From Trichoplax sp. H2 (Eukaryota), in NCBI GenBank assembly GCA_003344405.1, contig NOWV01000024.1, positions 310,001 through 374,000 on the forward strand: a DNA stretch of 64,000 nt, in the 5' to 3' direction. The notes under the pieces were generated by a model that saw nothing but the letters and a program-made list of their open reading frames with translations, had not been told where the DNA came from and ran no database searches. Made by a program: the position numbers and the translations under genes. Below, piece after piece: positions 13,801-27,788 of this stretch (the first letter of the stretch is position 1; each line of letters starts with the position of its first letter).

Positions 13801-16800
13801 AAGCATACGGCGGTTTGCTTGGAACTTACCGATCTATTAGTTATTGATCGTGATGATTACAACAAGTTCGATATAGATAAACATTTAGAGAGGGAAAAAG
13901 ATTTTCAGTATAAATATTTCAGGTACATGAATTGAACTGTGCTACTGAAAGTATCTTAAAAAATTCTCCACTCGATAATTTTATGTCATAAATATTTTTT
14001 TCAAAAAATAGCCCTGATCGTTTTTATCCAAAGATCACAGTGACCACACATTATTTTACAAGTTTTTAATATAATATTAGTGGCATGAGATTATCACTTG
14101 CGGGTAATACGCGTATATAACCAACTCTTTTTAATTCATATTAGAAAAATGGATCTCTTTTCGAGTTGGTCTGACAATAATATAAAGTGTTTACTAAGAA
14201 ATCATGACTTAATCGAGTACTATTCCAATCAAGTTATCGTAGAGGATTCTAAGCAATCAGAATGGATCGTATTTATCTTAAAGGTATTTATTAAGCTATA
14301 TTTTCTTTCCCAACCGGTAATTCTCAGTATCCAACCTATACTGTAGTGTTATTTAATTTAATAATAATCTTCAGCAGTATCAATATAAATTCCCAATAGA
14401 AATTTTAGGAAAATTTCTATATATAAATTCTATTAAATACTCATTTTACAATATTGGACTTTTCTGCCATATTACCTCTTGATGTAAATTACAGATTAAA
14501 TACGCTACTGCCCCTGATATCCTATCAGGATTTTACTAGTTTTGCAACTAAACTACAAGATCAATTTGATGAAATGGATGGAATACTGTACTAAAATATT
14601 TTTACAGCTAGCAGAAGAATTAATAGACACTCACGTATACAGTAGAGGTTTAAAAGTAGTCTTAATCGAAGTAGTGTGTAACATCAAATCTCAGTCTCTA
14701 AAGCGTACCGTTTCCAGCTGATTTATAGCGTTGTTGTGGTTGAAATGATCGTGATATAACACATCATTAAGTAGTTTAATAAATTCTATTCTGTTTTCTA
14801 TACGGTAGTATATCCGTAAAGATTTCTTTTGGTCAAAATCATTCTATCCATGATTTGCGTTAATAGCTTCAATTAATTTGCATGGAATGCAGTTCAATGT
14901 TAGATGCTTCTAATAGCTTGAAATCTAGTTTAAATTATTTTTAATCTATATGGTTGTTGATTGGATTTAATTCCTTTGGAATTGATGTATGGAAGCTTTC
15001 CTTAACAATGTATGATATAAGACTATCAAATTGCACGTATGCAATGCAAGCTGTATCAACAAACAATTCTATCACTTATCCATTTCATTAGTTATAAGTG
15101 TCAAGGAATAATTAGAAGTCAACTCCTTACTGTAGTAATACAACTTTTAAATATTGTCTTTCTTACATCTTTAGGGCAAGTGTCAACAATTAAGATTACT
15201 TAATTTGAGCCAACTTATTGATCATTCAAATGAACAGGGAATGAACAATGCAAGACGGCAATATAGTAAGTGATGATGTAACTACTTATGAAGGACATTA
15301 TACATATTAAATATGAAGTCAGCATCTTTTTATCTACAGTAGCGTTAAATAATTTTATATGCAACTGCTAGTTTAGTAAAATTACACGTAATACTTTATG
15401 GAATATAGTATCAACGAGACTATATTCTATCATTATTTAATTTTTAAATGGGTTTATCAGGGAAAAACTGTCATTAAACGACAAACCCAAGTATAACGAG
15501 ATCTGAAAAATATCCTGACTATTACACCTTCTACCTAAGAAATATACTATTACATAAATGATTTTTACAGTATAACCGAATATAAAAACTGTCTGGTCCA
15601 TGACATTTTTCATGTATAAGAGAAAGTTTACTGCAAGAATAAAAATTTTTGCCAAGGTTTATTTATTAACATTAATATAGCAGTTCATTAGGAAGTAACG
15701 CGAATATAAAACTATATCTGCAATAGTCGAGAGTTCATGTACTACTAATACAGTAATAGGAAAGCAGAATGTACTAACAATAGGCAACTTTACCAAATTA
15801 ATATATCCATACATGTTTGGTTTATAGCACTAGAGGATCTGCATACTAGAAGAGACAGTGACAGAAGATTTAGAGCCAATTCTATCCGTTCTGGCAGCTC
15901 CAAAAATAGAGAAATGTCCTTAAATTCAAGACCATCGTGGATTCATGAAGGGCCTCTCGAAATAGCTTACTTGGATACAAGTAATAGTAGAAGGAAAGAA
16001 TCTATAGCCCATTATATCAAGCATGTTCCAATACTTCATCGTCCAGACGAGTTAATCAATCCTAAAAGGCCCCAATCCATTTCCACATTTCAAAACAGCC
16101 AAAAGACTCAAATGCTATCGAGTAAAAGGTTAACTCAATATATTTTGTTATTTCTTATCCAATTTAAGGCTAATGAAGATAGTTGTATCCAATTCTCATC
16201 TAGATTATTATGTAGTTTCGTAATACTTCGTTTTGATTTTCAGTTTAACTTTCTAAACATCTTCACCCTATTTTAAATTCATTTACCTAGCTTACAATCT
16301 AAAAGTAGAGATTTTAAATTGCAGTCGGAAACATTCAGGGATGAAGTCAAAAATGAGCTAATAGGCTATAACGCATCGTACTACTATATTGATAAGCAGA
16401 TTGAAAACTCTGTAGGCTTAGTTAAGAAAAATATACATCGTTATTTAAACCACAGCAAGCGCAATTCGAATTCCAAAAACGTTCAAGTTTATGTTAATAT
16501 TGGTTCACTATCAGAGAAAAGCTGTTTCGTAAGTAAACTTAGATCTATGACCTAGTTCAATATCCTGAATTGACATAGACTCTAAATTATCGTAATAACT
16601 TTTTACTATTTTGAAATTAACCTTTTAGGTAAATATTTGAGGTCAAATTATAATATTATTCTACCTAAATTAGGGTCTGGATGCTATCCTTGACGAAAAC
16701 ACTATATCCTTGGCTCTTGTATCAAGTGGTTGTGTCGTCACTAAAATATCAAAATCTCTATTTCGATTATTGACAGATAAAATCACATTAAGTAAAGCAG

Positions 16801-17244
16801 AAAAATTGCTGCATAAAGTACCGACAGATGAATCCTTAGCTGAGTTGTACTGCATCGATTATCAATGGCGAAGTTATAAAAATGATGTTTTATCATCAGT
16901 TATGAAAGCTCAGAAGGAAAAAGAAGAAAAATTGGCATGTAAGTTGCAAGGGTAATGTTATAAAAACTTTCCTCCTTAATTTCAAGAATTTTAAGATCCT
17001 GTAAATAAAATATTTAGTTCTTATTTGTTCCTATTTAATAGATGATACAAATGTACTAGCGGTAAGAAGAGCTAAATCTGCCCATTACAGGCCCACATAT
17101 TCTAATCAAAATCTAGAACGAGAAAGTTCTCTTCCTACATCGCAACAACGCAGAACACGTTCTTTACCCACAAAGCCGATATTGCCTGATGGAGCTATGC
17201 TTACTTATAGTAGGCCAAAGCCTACTTCAAATCGTACTTATTAA
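7823..17244 (+). CDS. CNBD2: Cyclic nucleotide-binding domain protein, CNBD2-like (~663 aa, 12 exons)
   Basis: Manual join(7823-7831,8062-8124,11269-11316,12830-13164,13391-13538,13771-13922,14145-14283,15175-15265,15828-16128,16291-16528,16674-16938,17042-17244), all GT-AG, frame continuous. CNB domain 1: FQRGRIIYKLGHYSGSYYMVFSGSV...LRRGEGFGDSAFLRGGRRKHTAVC. Split CNB domain 2: IVFILKGKC...CFGLDAIL. C-terminal QWRSYKNDVL motif. The first three micro-exons are less certain. Confidence 0.8.
8940..9710. repeat. Degenerate ~110-bp tandem repeat (~7 copies) in CNBD2-like intron 2
   Basis: 'atc.a.cgac.a..gattcgatcc.atctcctatttaag' recurs near 8950, 9061, 9174, 9273, 9383, 9497 and 9651. Confidence 0.8.
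9731..9940. repeat. Two-copy ~110-bp direct duplication
   Basis: 'atcg(t)aagttaatata...tcagagat....gctgc.atgc...tattcc...tcagcgatt.ggccgcta' occurs at ~9731 and ~9847. Confidence 0.7.
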
Positions 17245-19314
17245 AAATTAAATAATATATAAGCCTTAAAAATATTGTTTAATTCATGCGACATTAAGTA
17301 TTTCATAATACTATTTCTTTATTACTGATATTTTTTCTAGTACTTCGAATTCTTGTATTTTACATATGACATTATGTTTCCGTTCTTATTAGTCTCTAGT
17401 CGAATAATTTCATGATATGTATAGAATAAACTGTAAGTCATAATGATATTTATAGATTATTTCTACCATTTTACCTTAAAGTTGTAAAATCGAGCTCGCT
17501 CCAAACCAATTTATAAATTAAAAATTTGTAAATTGTACTGTAAAGGTCTCGAGCAACTAGCAAGACTGAGATAGCTATATATTATCCTATTTCTTCTTCT
17601 TATTATTATTATCAACTTACTGACATACTGTAAATTATGCAATAGATTTATAATGGGATATTTCAAGTATATAATTAAGGCATAAATCTGGAATATATCG
17701 TAACTGAAGTAGAAAATTGCCTGTAAATTTTACTTCTTAATATTGGAACGATACTGTATATTTTCCGCTATTTTCATCTTACGGTTATGCACTAATTTAA
17801 TGACACTATTTTATATTTATATGTAAACTTAAAATGGCAATTTGCATTTTTACACGTTAATTTTCACCTAAAAATATTATTCCGATTTAGTTTTCATCCT
17901 TTGCATTTACAAATTGAAAATATATTTAATATCAAAGTAAGAGTACACTAGCAATTAATAGAATCCGATCATGATGAAGATTTTAGAACTGTCATAATAT
18001 AAATACAACATAGAATATTCTCGTTACTGCAGACAAGCTATCTCAAATCATGCTTGAATTAATTTGAATTTCATTAAAATTTTTAACCTATCATCTTTGC
18101 TTAACGAAGAAAGTTCTTAGAAAAAGCTTTATAATAGATTGACTACGAACAATTGGTAATTCCTGACTTATATGATATTTTTTATTATAATGCTACATTT
18201 AAGGTTCTGTGATTTCGTGCCATGTCTTAATTTCCATCAAGTTGAACTTCGATTCTCTTTAGGCTTAGATAGTGAATTCTTAGTATAGCATCTATCAAAA
18301 AAATCTTACCTATAGTAATGCAATGGAAATCAATGACATTATGAGCTTTCGAATTATAACCTTTTGACTAATCTATGGAGTTGATAATATAGCACTGTCA
18401 AATCATCCTGAAAAACAGTTATGAACTATTTCAGCTATAATTGGTAAACGATCAGTATTACATATGCTACTGCATGACAGATCACTAGCAAATTCAGATC
18501 TTCGAGAAGATTTAGAGGTTTAAAAATTGAGTTGATCACTCGTAAAGACTCAAATATTGTTGCAGCATACTTGTTTCTTTAGGGAGGAATTTGGAGTCAC
18601 ATTTATTGGAGAACTAATCGGAATTTGTACTTGCATCCTACCATAAAGGAAATAAGGCTACTTCGCGATTTTTGATTAGAATAGTTATCAAATGGAAGAT
18701 AGATTGTGTACCATCTAGTAACAATAGCTCTATCATCGATATATGATTACAGAGGCCAATTTACTTAATATTAATACACATAATCTTTTAAGTGTACGCT
18801 GTATTGAAAGTAAGTAATTTATTCGAATATACAAGCATTTCTTGCTCCATAGATTAGCAAAAGCAAAAAGCTATTTTAGCACGAATTGACTATAGATTGT
18901 AAGCCATTTACAATCAAGATTCTATTCTCGTGAATAGCCATATAGGCTAATTGGCAACCGAAATTGAAAATAAATATAAATACAAGATCACAGGTTATAT
19001 TGCGGTATAATAGAACTTACATCGTTGCTCAGCTTACCAACAATAAATTTGAAGGATAGATACATTTAGTCACAGTAATCTGTCGTTTTAGTACATATTA
19101 AATAGAAACACGTAATCGATCTTCGTAGTAAACCATTACTTAAGGAAATGAAACTAATCTATTTTTATGTTCAATCAAATCAATTATATCAACCATCATA
19201 GTTTTCATTAAAATTTACAGTTGAATTAAGGAACGGGGAAGAAACATTTGTTAAAGTATAGACATTAGTTTTAACATAAGCGATAACCATTCATCTTGAA
19301 ATTACAACAATCCA

Positions 19315-21271
19315 CTATGTAGTTGGTTCATCGATAAGCATTATTTGAATATCCATGACGTTTGTGTTGGTTAATCCAGTCACTATCAGATCATCACCAT
19401 TATTTAAAGTGGAAAAGAAAGTATACGAATCATTGTTGGCTAAATGATGTCTGGCTGTATTAATATTATTGTCACAGAGTTGGCCGGGATAGGCAAAAGC
19501 ACCTGCTGCTGGTGTTGGACCATCTTGTCCATCTGTTCCGGCACTAAGTAAGACTGCTGGGCATTTCTTGTCAGTCAGATTGCTGGCTAACTTACTTTCA
19601 AACATTTGAACTGAAGCTGACAATGCAAACTCTTGGTTTCTTCCTCCAACACCGCTTCCTTCTACCCTAACAGTTGTCTCTCCGCCACTGAGAATACATA
19701 CTTTACGGCATAGTCTTTGGTTCTCCAATAGCATCTGGCAGTATGTTTTTCCTACATCTTTTGCTTCTCCACAAACAGTGGTAGAGTGTATGGTGGCATC
19801 AAATCCTAACTGTGATGCTTTCTCAAAAGCAGCATGGATTGCTACTTTATTTGATCCGATTAAAACATTCTGAACATTATTAAAGGTTTGCTTGTTCTTA
19901 GCTATATCAGAGCATGTTTTGCCAGAAAATAAATTGAGGACTGAAGTTGGTATTTTTTTATCAATAGATAAATTTTTTATGATTGTGAGGCAGTCTTTGT
20001 GCGATGATGAGTCCTTCACTGTTGGCCCCGAAGCAATAATTTCAAGGTTGTCGCCAATAACATCGGAGACGATAAAACTTATTACCTGGTATTATGCGTA
20101 GTCAACAGATTGAGATATAATTTAAAATATTGATACTAGTGATAATCTTTAATCGCAATGTGATTTGCCTGGAAAGTAATAGCTCCTTACCTTGGCTGGA
20201 TTGGCTGCCAATGCTAATTTTCCACCCTTGCATGCAGACAGATTCTTTCGTATCGTGTTCAGTTGAAAAATATCACCACCCGCATTGGCAATAGCTTTAA
20301 TCGCTTGCAATTTCTCATCCAATGTTACACCTAAGTCGTAATGATTGCTATATTAGGTTATCACTATCCATTGCAAAATCTAATTTTACCAAGTATAGTA
20401 CTAAAAAGAATTCAGCAGCTGTGTTAGGATTATCACTCTCCATTCAAGTGTAGTATTGTAAAGACTTAAGCTGCTGCATTAGGTTATCACTAACTCTTGC
20501 AGAATTGTATATAGATGTTAGAATACTTAATAGAAATGAATTGAACTACTGTATGAGGTTAACATGTATCATGGAACAAATGCACGAGTATATTCGACAG
20601 ATTTAATCCAGTATAATACTGAAAAGATTTGAACTGCTATAGTAGGTTAGCATCGTTCATTGCTCTATACGGTTTTAATGAGCAGAATATTACAGAACTT
20701 TACCATGTACTGGCAATGGAAATAACGCTGAACCACCTCCTGTCATCAACACTAATAGTATATCATGCTGACCCAGAGAATTGGCCATCTTCATGATGGA
20801 ATCCGCCGCCATCATAGAATTGGAATCTGGTAAGTTATTCCTTCCACCCTGAATTATCTGTAAATTCGATAGAGCTGGGGTTGAGCTACCAGCTGGTACA
20901 CTAACAATACCATCGACTAGATGATCATGTACAATAGAGGTAACTGCTTTAGCCATGGGATAGACACCTTTACCAAAAGCAGCGATGTAAACATTTTTTT
21001 GCAAAGGATAAGTAGCATCGCCTACATGCAAGTATTGGCTACATGCAGATCGTCGGATTGCCCTTTGAACCAGCGTCTCCGGTGCTACCGCTTGAAGTGC
21101 AGCAGTTAGAATTTGTTTTGCATTCTCCTTTAAAGTTCCTAGGCCATCATGGCAAGATTGGCTATAGCAACGAGCAACTGCATGTCGAGGGAGAACTGAG
21201 AAAAGAGCTCCAGGGAGGTAACCACAGTTAGCAATGACTTTAAAACCAATCGAGGAGGAAATGTGCACCAT
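19315..21271 (-). CDS. GLYCTK: Glycerate kinase (MOFRL family), ~492 aa, 3 exons
   Basis: join(21271-20704,20330-20191,20085-19315). Motifs AFGKG, LMTGGGSAL, QLNTIRKNLSACKGGKLA, SDVIGDNLEIIASGPT, SGGETTV, GGRNQE, AGTDGQDGPT, TGLTNTNVMD. The N-terminus resembles a mitochondrial transit peptide (inference). Confidence 0.95.
20345..20663. repeat. Degenerate ~55-100-bp tandem repeat in GLYCTK intron 1
   Basis: 'ctg..ttaggttatcact..ccatt' recurs about five times (~20350, 20420, 20475, 20550, 20640). Confidence 0.6.
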
Positions 21272-21699
21272 AACTGTGCCTATCGTCTCCAATAATGAAT
21301 TCAGCTACAATAACGATACTATTCCCAATTCAGGAGCTCATCCTTTGGAGACATTAACTAAAGTACAAGCTATACTTCTAGCCTTGATTGCAAAGATACT
21401 CGGCCATGATTGATGGGGTTGCTAATGGAGACCAGCTCCTGTCTGACCTGGTCCTAGACTAGCTCGCTGTTTATGGTGTCTGTACTGGCTACTATAGACT
21501 ATCATAAACATTGCTCCAAAATACATGTAACAATATGGAAGATAAGTGGTATAGCCTGGTCTATGAAGGCTCCCGGAGCGCCCAGCTTGTACGTTTGGCG
21601 CCTATACTAAAATTATCTGGATACTCAAACAGTACCTTATGTCAACCATTTTCTGTCACATGTACAATATATTGGCTCAAAATGAAGACAAACCAAGCT

Positions 21700-22530
21700 G
21701 TAGCATAGCATTTATAGCCAATAGCATGATTATTTTCTCTATCTATCAGCAGATAGACGCCATAATAATATCCAATCCCGATATATAGCTGTCGGGATTT
21801 CGTAATAATGGTTCACCAGTAATATTCACCATTCAAGCTCTCAATAACCAAGAAGATAGACGTTAATCTATCACTAACTTCCGATATAGTAAGTATAGTA
21901 TTATTCGATGATCGTTGTGACAATAATCAACGGTAAAATAATGAAGATTATATCTCGGCCATCTAAACTGGATTATAGAGAGATTATCTTAACTATAAGT
22001 AATAGCATTATATGTCCTGTATAGTGTACACGTGATGGAAACCGTAAACTAATCTACAGAACGAGTTGAATAAACATTTAAACCTTAGATTGGATATATA
22101 TATATATATATATATATACTTATATACAGTAGCATAGGATTTATAGCCAATAGCATGATTGTTTTCTCTATCTATCAGCAGATAGACGCCATAATAATAT
22201 CCAATCCCGATATATAGCTGTTGGGATTTCGTAATAATGGTTCAACAGTAATATTCACTATTCGGGCTCTCAATAACCAAGAAGATAGACGTTAATCTAT
22301 CACTAACTTCCGATATAGTAAGTATAGTATCATCCGATGATCGTTATGGCAATACTCAGCGGTAAAATAATTAAGATTACATTTAGGCCATCTAAACTGG
22401 ATTATAGAGAGATTATCTTAACTATAAGTAATAGCACCATATGTCCTGTATAGTGTAAATGTAATGGAAACCGTAAACTAATCAACAGAACGAGTGGAAT
22501 AAACATTCAAATCTTAGATTCGATATACTT
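21700..22530. repeat. Recent 429-bp tandem duplication with a (TA)n tract at the junction
   Basis: Copy 1 starts 'gtagcatag' at 21700 and copy 2 at 22129. The copies are colinear with scattered substitutions. (TA)n at 22094-22118. Confidence 0.95.
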
Positions 22531-23333
22531 GTATTCGTTCTCATAATGGAGAATAAATCATACAATCTCAAATTGATCTTATGAGTTTATTCACACGTAG
22601 GTGGACAATCAACAATTAAATTGGTTAGCCAAAATTATTGATAATGACGAATAAAGAAAACATCGATTGAACAGCAATGACATCAAAGTTATAAGTAATA
22701 AGTGGCTTTCTATTTGTAAACTGGGAAAACTCAACTCGAGGCTGATAATCGAGTATCAATACAAACTTTATAGAATAAAGTTAAATGCTACCATGTATAA
22801 AATCATATTCCAAACTAAATAAGAAACTGTAATATAATTATTAGCAAAATTTTTAGGAAGGAAGCAAGCGAAAAATCATACTCAATACTCATAGGTAGAA
22901 AGTTTTAAATAATTATGAGTATCGATGAAATTTTTAGTATTGCATTCAAATGTAATGAAACTAAAATGAAACGGGTACATAATCAACACGCAGCTGGCTG
23001 GAATACAATGCAGCAACAAAGATTGCAATTATACAATCAAATTTATGCCTATTATCGCAATAAAAAATTATAAACAGGTCAAGAATTGAAGTATTTGGCA
23101 TCCCTTCCGTATCAAAGCATAAATAGTATAGTCAATAGGCAAAATACGACATTTTATGTATACAACATAACTACCAATGACTCTTAATATAGAGAAACGA
23201 AAGATAACAGTTATAAACAAGAAAAAATTATATTAATTAAACTTAAATTGATCGTGAGCATTTGGCTAAGCTCCCAAATACATCTTTATCAAATACTTTA
23301 TAATTACATCTTGTTAAGAAACTAAGTATCAAA

Positions 23334-26300
23334 TTAGTATTTTGACAAACTAACGGCATTCCATAGGGCTGAAGTTGTTGAACGTGATTGGTATAATTCC
23401 CAACTATCATGGACAGGATCATATTTTTCAACTAAATCAGAGTGGTATGGTTGATTCTGCGAGGTGAAATCTGCGATATAAATTTATACTATTAGTAGTA
23501 GTCCTGATACACCTATAATATATCCATTCGGTTGTATTTAAATATCTTAGTTTTAACTGTTGATCACTTATTTTGGTAATCATAAGCTAATTTCATCTAT
23601 TTTTCATAGGATCGAAATAAAATGTAAAAAAATAATATTACCAGTTTTGTAAATTAATTAAAAACTGACTTACTAAGTGTTAAAAGATGGTTGGTAGTCA
23701 AAGAAGGGTTAGCTGGAAATGAATTGGAGAGAGTTAATATTACGCACTCCTAATGCAAATACGTATGAGAAACAAAGCTAAGCAAGTAAGTCATGGTAAA
23801 GCTCCTGTTAACAATTTCATGCTCAATAAATCACACAAGAACGCTTTATTTGCTTTAGTCATGAAGGGATAGTTGAAAGTTGAAGTAAATGGATGATGTG
23901 AATGTGCAAATAGTCATTTATGAATCGGTTGCACTTACTACTAGCCGATATTGGCAGCTGATTTTCATTTACAAGCTAAGATATTTACCAAATTAACAAA
24001 CCTATTCTAGTTACTGAATTGTAATTGTGTATGTCATCACTTAACAAGTCAGTAATTGATTCTGCAATTAATTTTAAGACATGAATTAGCAAATCGCTAT
24101 CCTTGATGAATCTTCAAATCAGTAGTATGATTTTGCAACCAACCATATAACGAATATTTAATGAATTGATAAATCATCAATTTATTGTAGCTGCTAGTGT
24201 TTGTAAATGCTTGCACCTGACAAATCAGTAAGTGATTTTAGCACTTAAAGATGTTAATTTGCAAAATTGCTATCCTTGATGAATTCTCAAATTAGCAGTT
24301 CGTGCTACTTTTTTAATTAATTTGCAAACGTTCTTACTAAACTAATGGACAAACTATTCGTTGAGTTTGTATACTCAATTTTTGTCGATGGTCGTATTTG
24401 ATGAATGGATAAAGTATCAATACTCGTATATTTTAGTTATAGTTCTTCATTTGCAAATCTCTGTACTTGGCATTTATATATTGACAAATATTATCATACA
24501 TAAAAAATTTACCTCCACCAATCGCCCATATTTCTCCTTTGTAGGCAATATAATTTGCATGACTACGACTAACTTTCATAGCGCAAACTTGAATCCATTT
24601 ACCTTTATTTTCATCATATTTTTCAACACTACATAGAACATTATTGCCATTATAGCCACCTAATGCATACAATTGACCAGCTAAAGAAATTAATCCGCAA
24701 CCTTCACGAGCCTCATTCATAGGCTTTCCTTCTACCCATTTATCATCCTTTGGATCATAAATTTCAACTGTATTGGTTAGTGCTACGCAAGTTAATTGGC
24801 CTTCTGTTCGACCTCCTGCACAATATAAACGTCCTTCATGAAGTACAGCACCAAAATTAGCTCTAGCCGTTAGCATGGAAGCTTTTTTTGACCAAATTCC
24901 ATTATGATAAGCATAGACATCGGATATCGAGGTAGTATTACCATTGGGAGCTACTTGGTGGTTTTCGTTTAAGATGCCACCAAGTAGATAGATAGATTCG
25001 TCTAGTTGACAGACTCTATGCGAAAAGACAGGTATTGGCATTGGAGTTATGGAACTTCTATTGGTCCAACTATAATTATTAACATTTAGGCAAGGCACAT
25101 CAGTAAAGTTATTGACAGGGATAGACGAGTAACCGTAATTGTCCATTTCAAGAGTTCCACCTACATAGCGAAGGAGAAAAATTAGTTCTATTAATAAGAT
25201 ACCGATGTGATTACATTCATAGTACTAATCCAATAAAGCCTTAAAAATGAGATATCGTTGTTGTAAATGCTGTTATGTATGTAAGAATACAGTAACTTGT
25301 TGTACTGCACCTAACGTGTTAGTATAAGATAAGGTAATGAATTACTAAGATAAGGGTATAATACGCCATTACAGCTATACTATTTAAATGCAGTAAATCC
25401 TAAATAAGAGAGACTTTTCAGTAAGCTTACTAGTAGGAGTGTATCAAAGTTCCGCGTGCTAACGTTAACGACTAAGAGTGGAAACACAACGAATGCTACT
25501 AAAGCCTAAATAAAGTTTAATTTTATTTGAATCTCCATTGACGACACTTATGAAACATCACGTTTTGAAGATCTTCATTCAGTTTGAGGAATGGCAGCTA
25601 AAGAACAGCCATGCTAGTGGATTGCAAAATACAAAGCTAGACTACTTGAGCAATAACGAATTTGGTTAAAATATTTTCTGAGTATGAGATAGCTGCTAAA
25701 GAATAGCAATGCTAAAGGATTGCGAGAGACAAAGCTCGACTCGTAGAGCATAGCCAATTTGGTTGAAATCTTTGCCCAGTATGAGATAGCTGCTAAAGAA
25801 TAGCAATGCTAAAAGATTGCAAAGATGCAAAGCAAGACTTGTTGAGTAATGACTGATTTGGTTCAAATCTTCTGATTATGAAATATAGCTACTAAAGAAT
25901 TGCAAAATACAAAGCTAGGCTAGTTGAGCAATAGCTAATCTAGTTGAAATCCTCATGCAATACGCGATATCGCTATTCAATGACATCAAAATACGAAGCC
26001 AGCTTAGCTGAGCAATGGCTAATTTAGCCGAAATCTTCGCTAAATATGCATTATCGCTATTTAAGAACTGCAAAATACAAAACTAGGTTAGTTGACAGGT
26101 GGTACCTATTTAGATAAAACTCCATTGCAGTTCAATGAAAAGCTAATAAGCAACTCTTTCTTGTTAATGATGAGCAATAGAAAGATTAAATGGGTTAAAA
26201 AGTAATTTCTATATCATTGGATTCTGTCGTATAGCAATTATATAATTACTCATGAAATTTTTAAAGTCTATTATGGAATCGTTGAGAAATGGCTATGGCT

Positions 26301-27341
26301 ATACTTACTATATCGCCGATGACGCCTTGATGAATTACCGTAGTTATTGGAGTTATAGCTGGCTCTACCACCAAAGAAAAAGATTTTCTTTCCCAAAGCC
26401 AGAACTGCAAATTGTGTCCGGGCGAAATTATTATCAGTATATAATAATTTAGCGTTTGGTGTCAGATCAGAATAGACAAACAAATTTTGATAATTTTGTT
26501 GTTCTAGAGTTAATAGAAGAGTGTCATGATGTTCTCTTGGTTGTGTTTTAGCAGAGAAGAAACGCTCGGGCATAAAATGATAATTTTTAGCTCGATGTAA
26601 ATACATTTGACATTGAAATTCATGAACGATAAGGTCTTCACTTTCCACTTTAGCAATTAAAGTTTCAACCGGAATCAATGCTAATCGGACACAATTTAAT
26701 AACTTGGGTAGTTGTTCATTTCTTGCTTTTAGATCCGATCGAATCCATTTCATTACTGCATTAAAGACACTAATTTCTTCAATCATTTTTAAATGAGGCA
26801 TAGGTAAGATATTAATTAAGTGCTCGTAGGACATTTCAACAAATGAATCGGTTTCGACAATTTCCGAGAAATGGTTAGCGATATAATTATCCGCCGCTTC
26901 GCCTAATGCTTCAAAATGATGAAATTGAGCGAAATAACGAATTTCCAAGCAGTTACTTGGAGCTAATAAATCGCTTATAAATTGGCAGCATACATGAACA
27001 ATTTCGTCGACACCGAGCATTGACGACGTGACGGCTACACTTTGGACATTATTGGTATTAATTTCAATTTTACCTCGATAGAAATAATCAATTAAGATAG
27101 CGACTGCTTCTTGATCGGCTTCTTTAATTTCCACACTATTTTGTTTGCTTTCAGTTAAATTGCCGGTAAACATGGCATGAAAGTAAGTACTATTGCTTGC
27201 TAACACGATACGATGGCAATGGTAAGTTTGATGGCCGATTTTCACTTGGATATCACATAGTTCTCCATTGGTGTATAATTGATGTAAAGTTTCGATTGGA
27301 AATTGCGAGCGTACATAATTGAGAACACTATCCGACTCCAT
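23334..27341 (-). CDS. BTB-BACK-Kelch (KLHL-family) protein, ~605 aa, 3 exons
   Basis: join(27341-26309,25160-24513,23470-23334). BTB (LCDIQV...CHRIVLASNSTYFHAMFTG), BACK (EEISVFNAVMKWI...LLNCVRL) and Kelch repeats (LYCAGG...VEIYDPKDDKW; LYALGG...VEKYDENKGKW; IWAIGG...VEKYDPVHDSW in the last exon). Confidence 0.92.
25595..26110. repeat. Degenerate ~90-97-bp tandem repeat (~6 copies) in Kelch gene intron 1
   Basis: 'gctgctaaagaatagcaatgcta..gattgc.a.atacaaagct.gact..ttgagcaat...aatttggttgaaatc' recurs at ~25595, 25692, 25790 and 25888, with shortened copies after. Confidence 0.85.
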
Positions 27342-27788
27342 CTTGATATTTTCAACTTGGCTTGATTTAATAGTAAAAACTGACTGGAATGGCAATGGAT
27401 CAACTAAAACGAGTGTGGATAAGCTGAGCTAGATGATCAAGTAATGCAAGCGTGCTTAGCAACCTGATCTCATCGTTTATGGATGTTGTCTCGGAATGAA
27501 GGATTTTGGATGCGCTTTAATGGAGCTTTAAAATGAAATCGAAGGCACTGACTGTAATCTTAAAGTTTTTCTTGACGAAGCTGAGAACTAAAGGTGATTA
27601 TCCTACAACTAATTTAATATTCGATCGAGCGATGAGAAATTGGCGACACCGAGAGTTTCAGACAATGTTGACCTTAGTGCATCGTTTATTGGTATAGCAA
27701 TCATGGATTTCCTTTCTTTTATTAATGAACGTTTTACGTCCAATCGACAACGATAATTTCTCTCTCTAATCTTTGTAAAGGATTTTAT

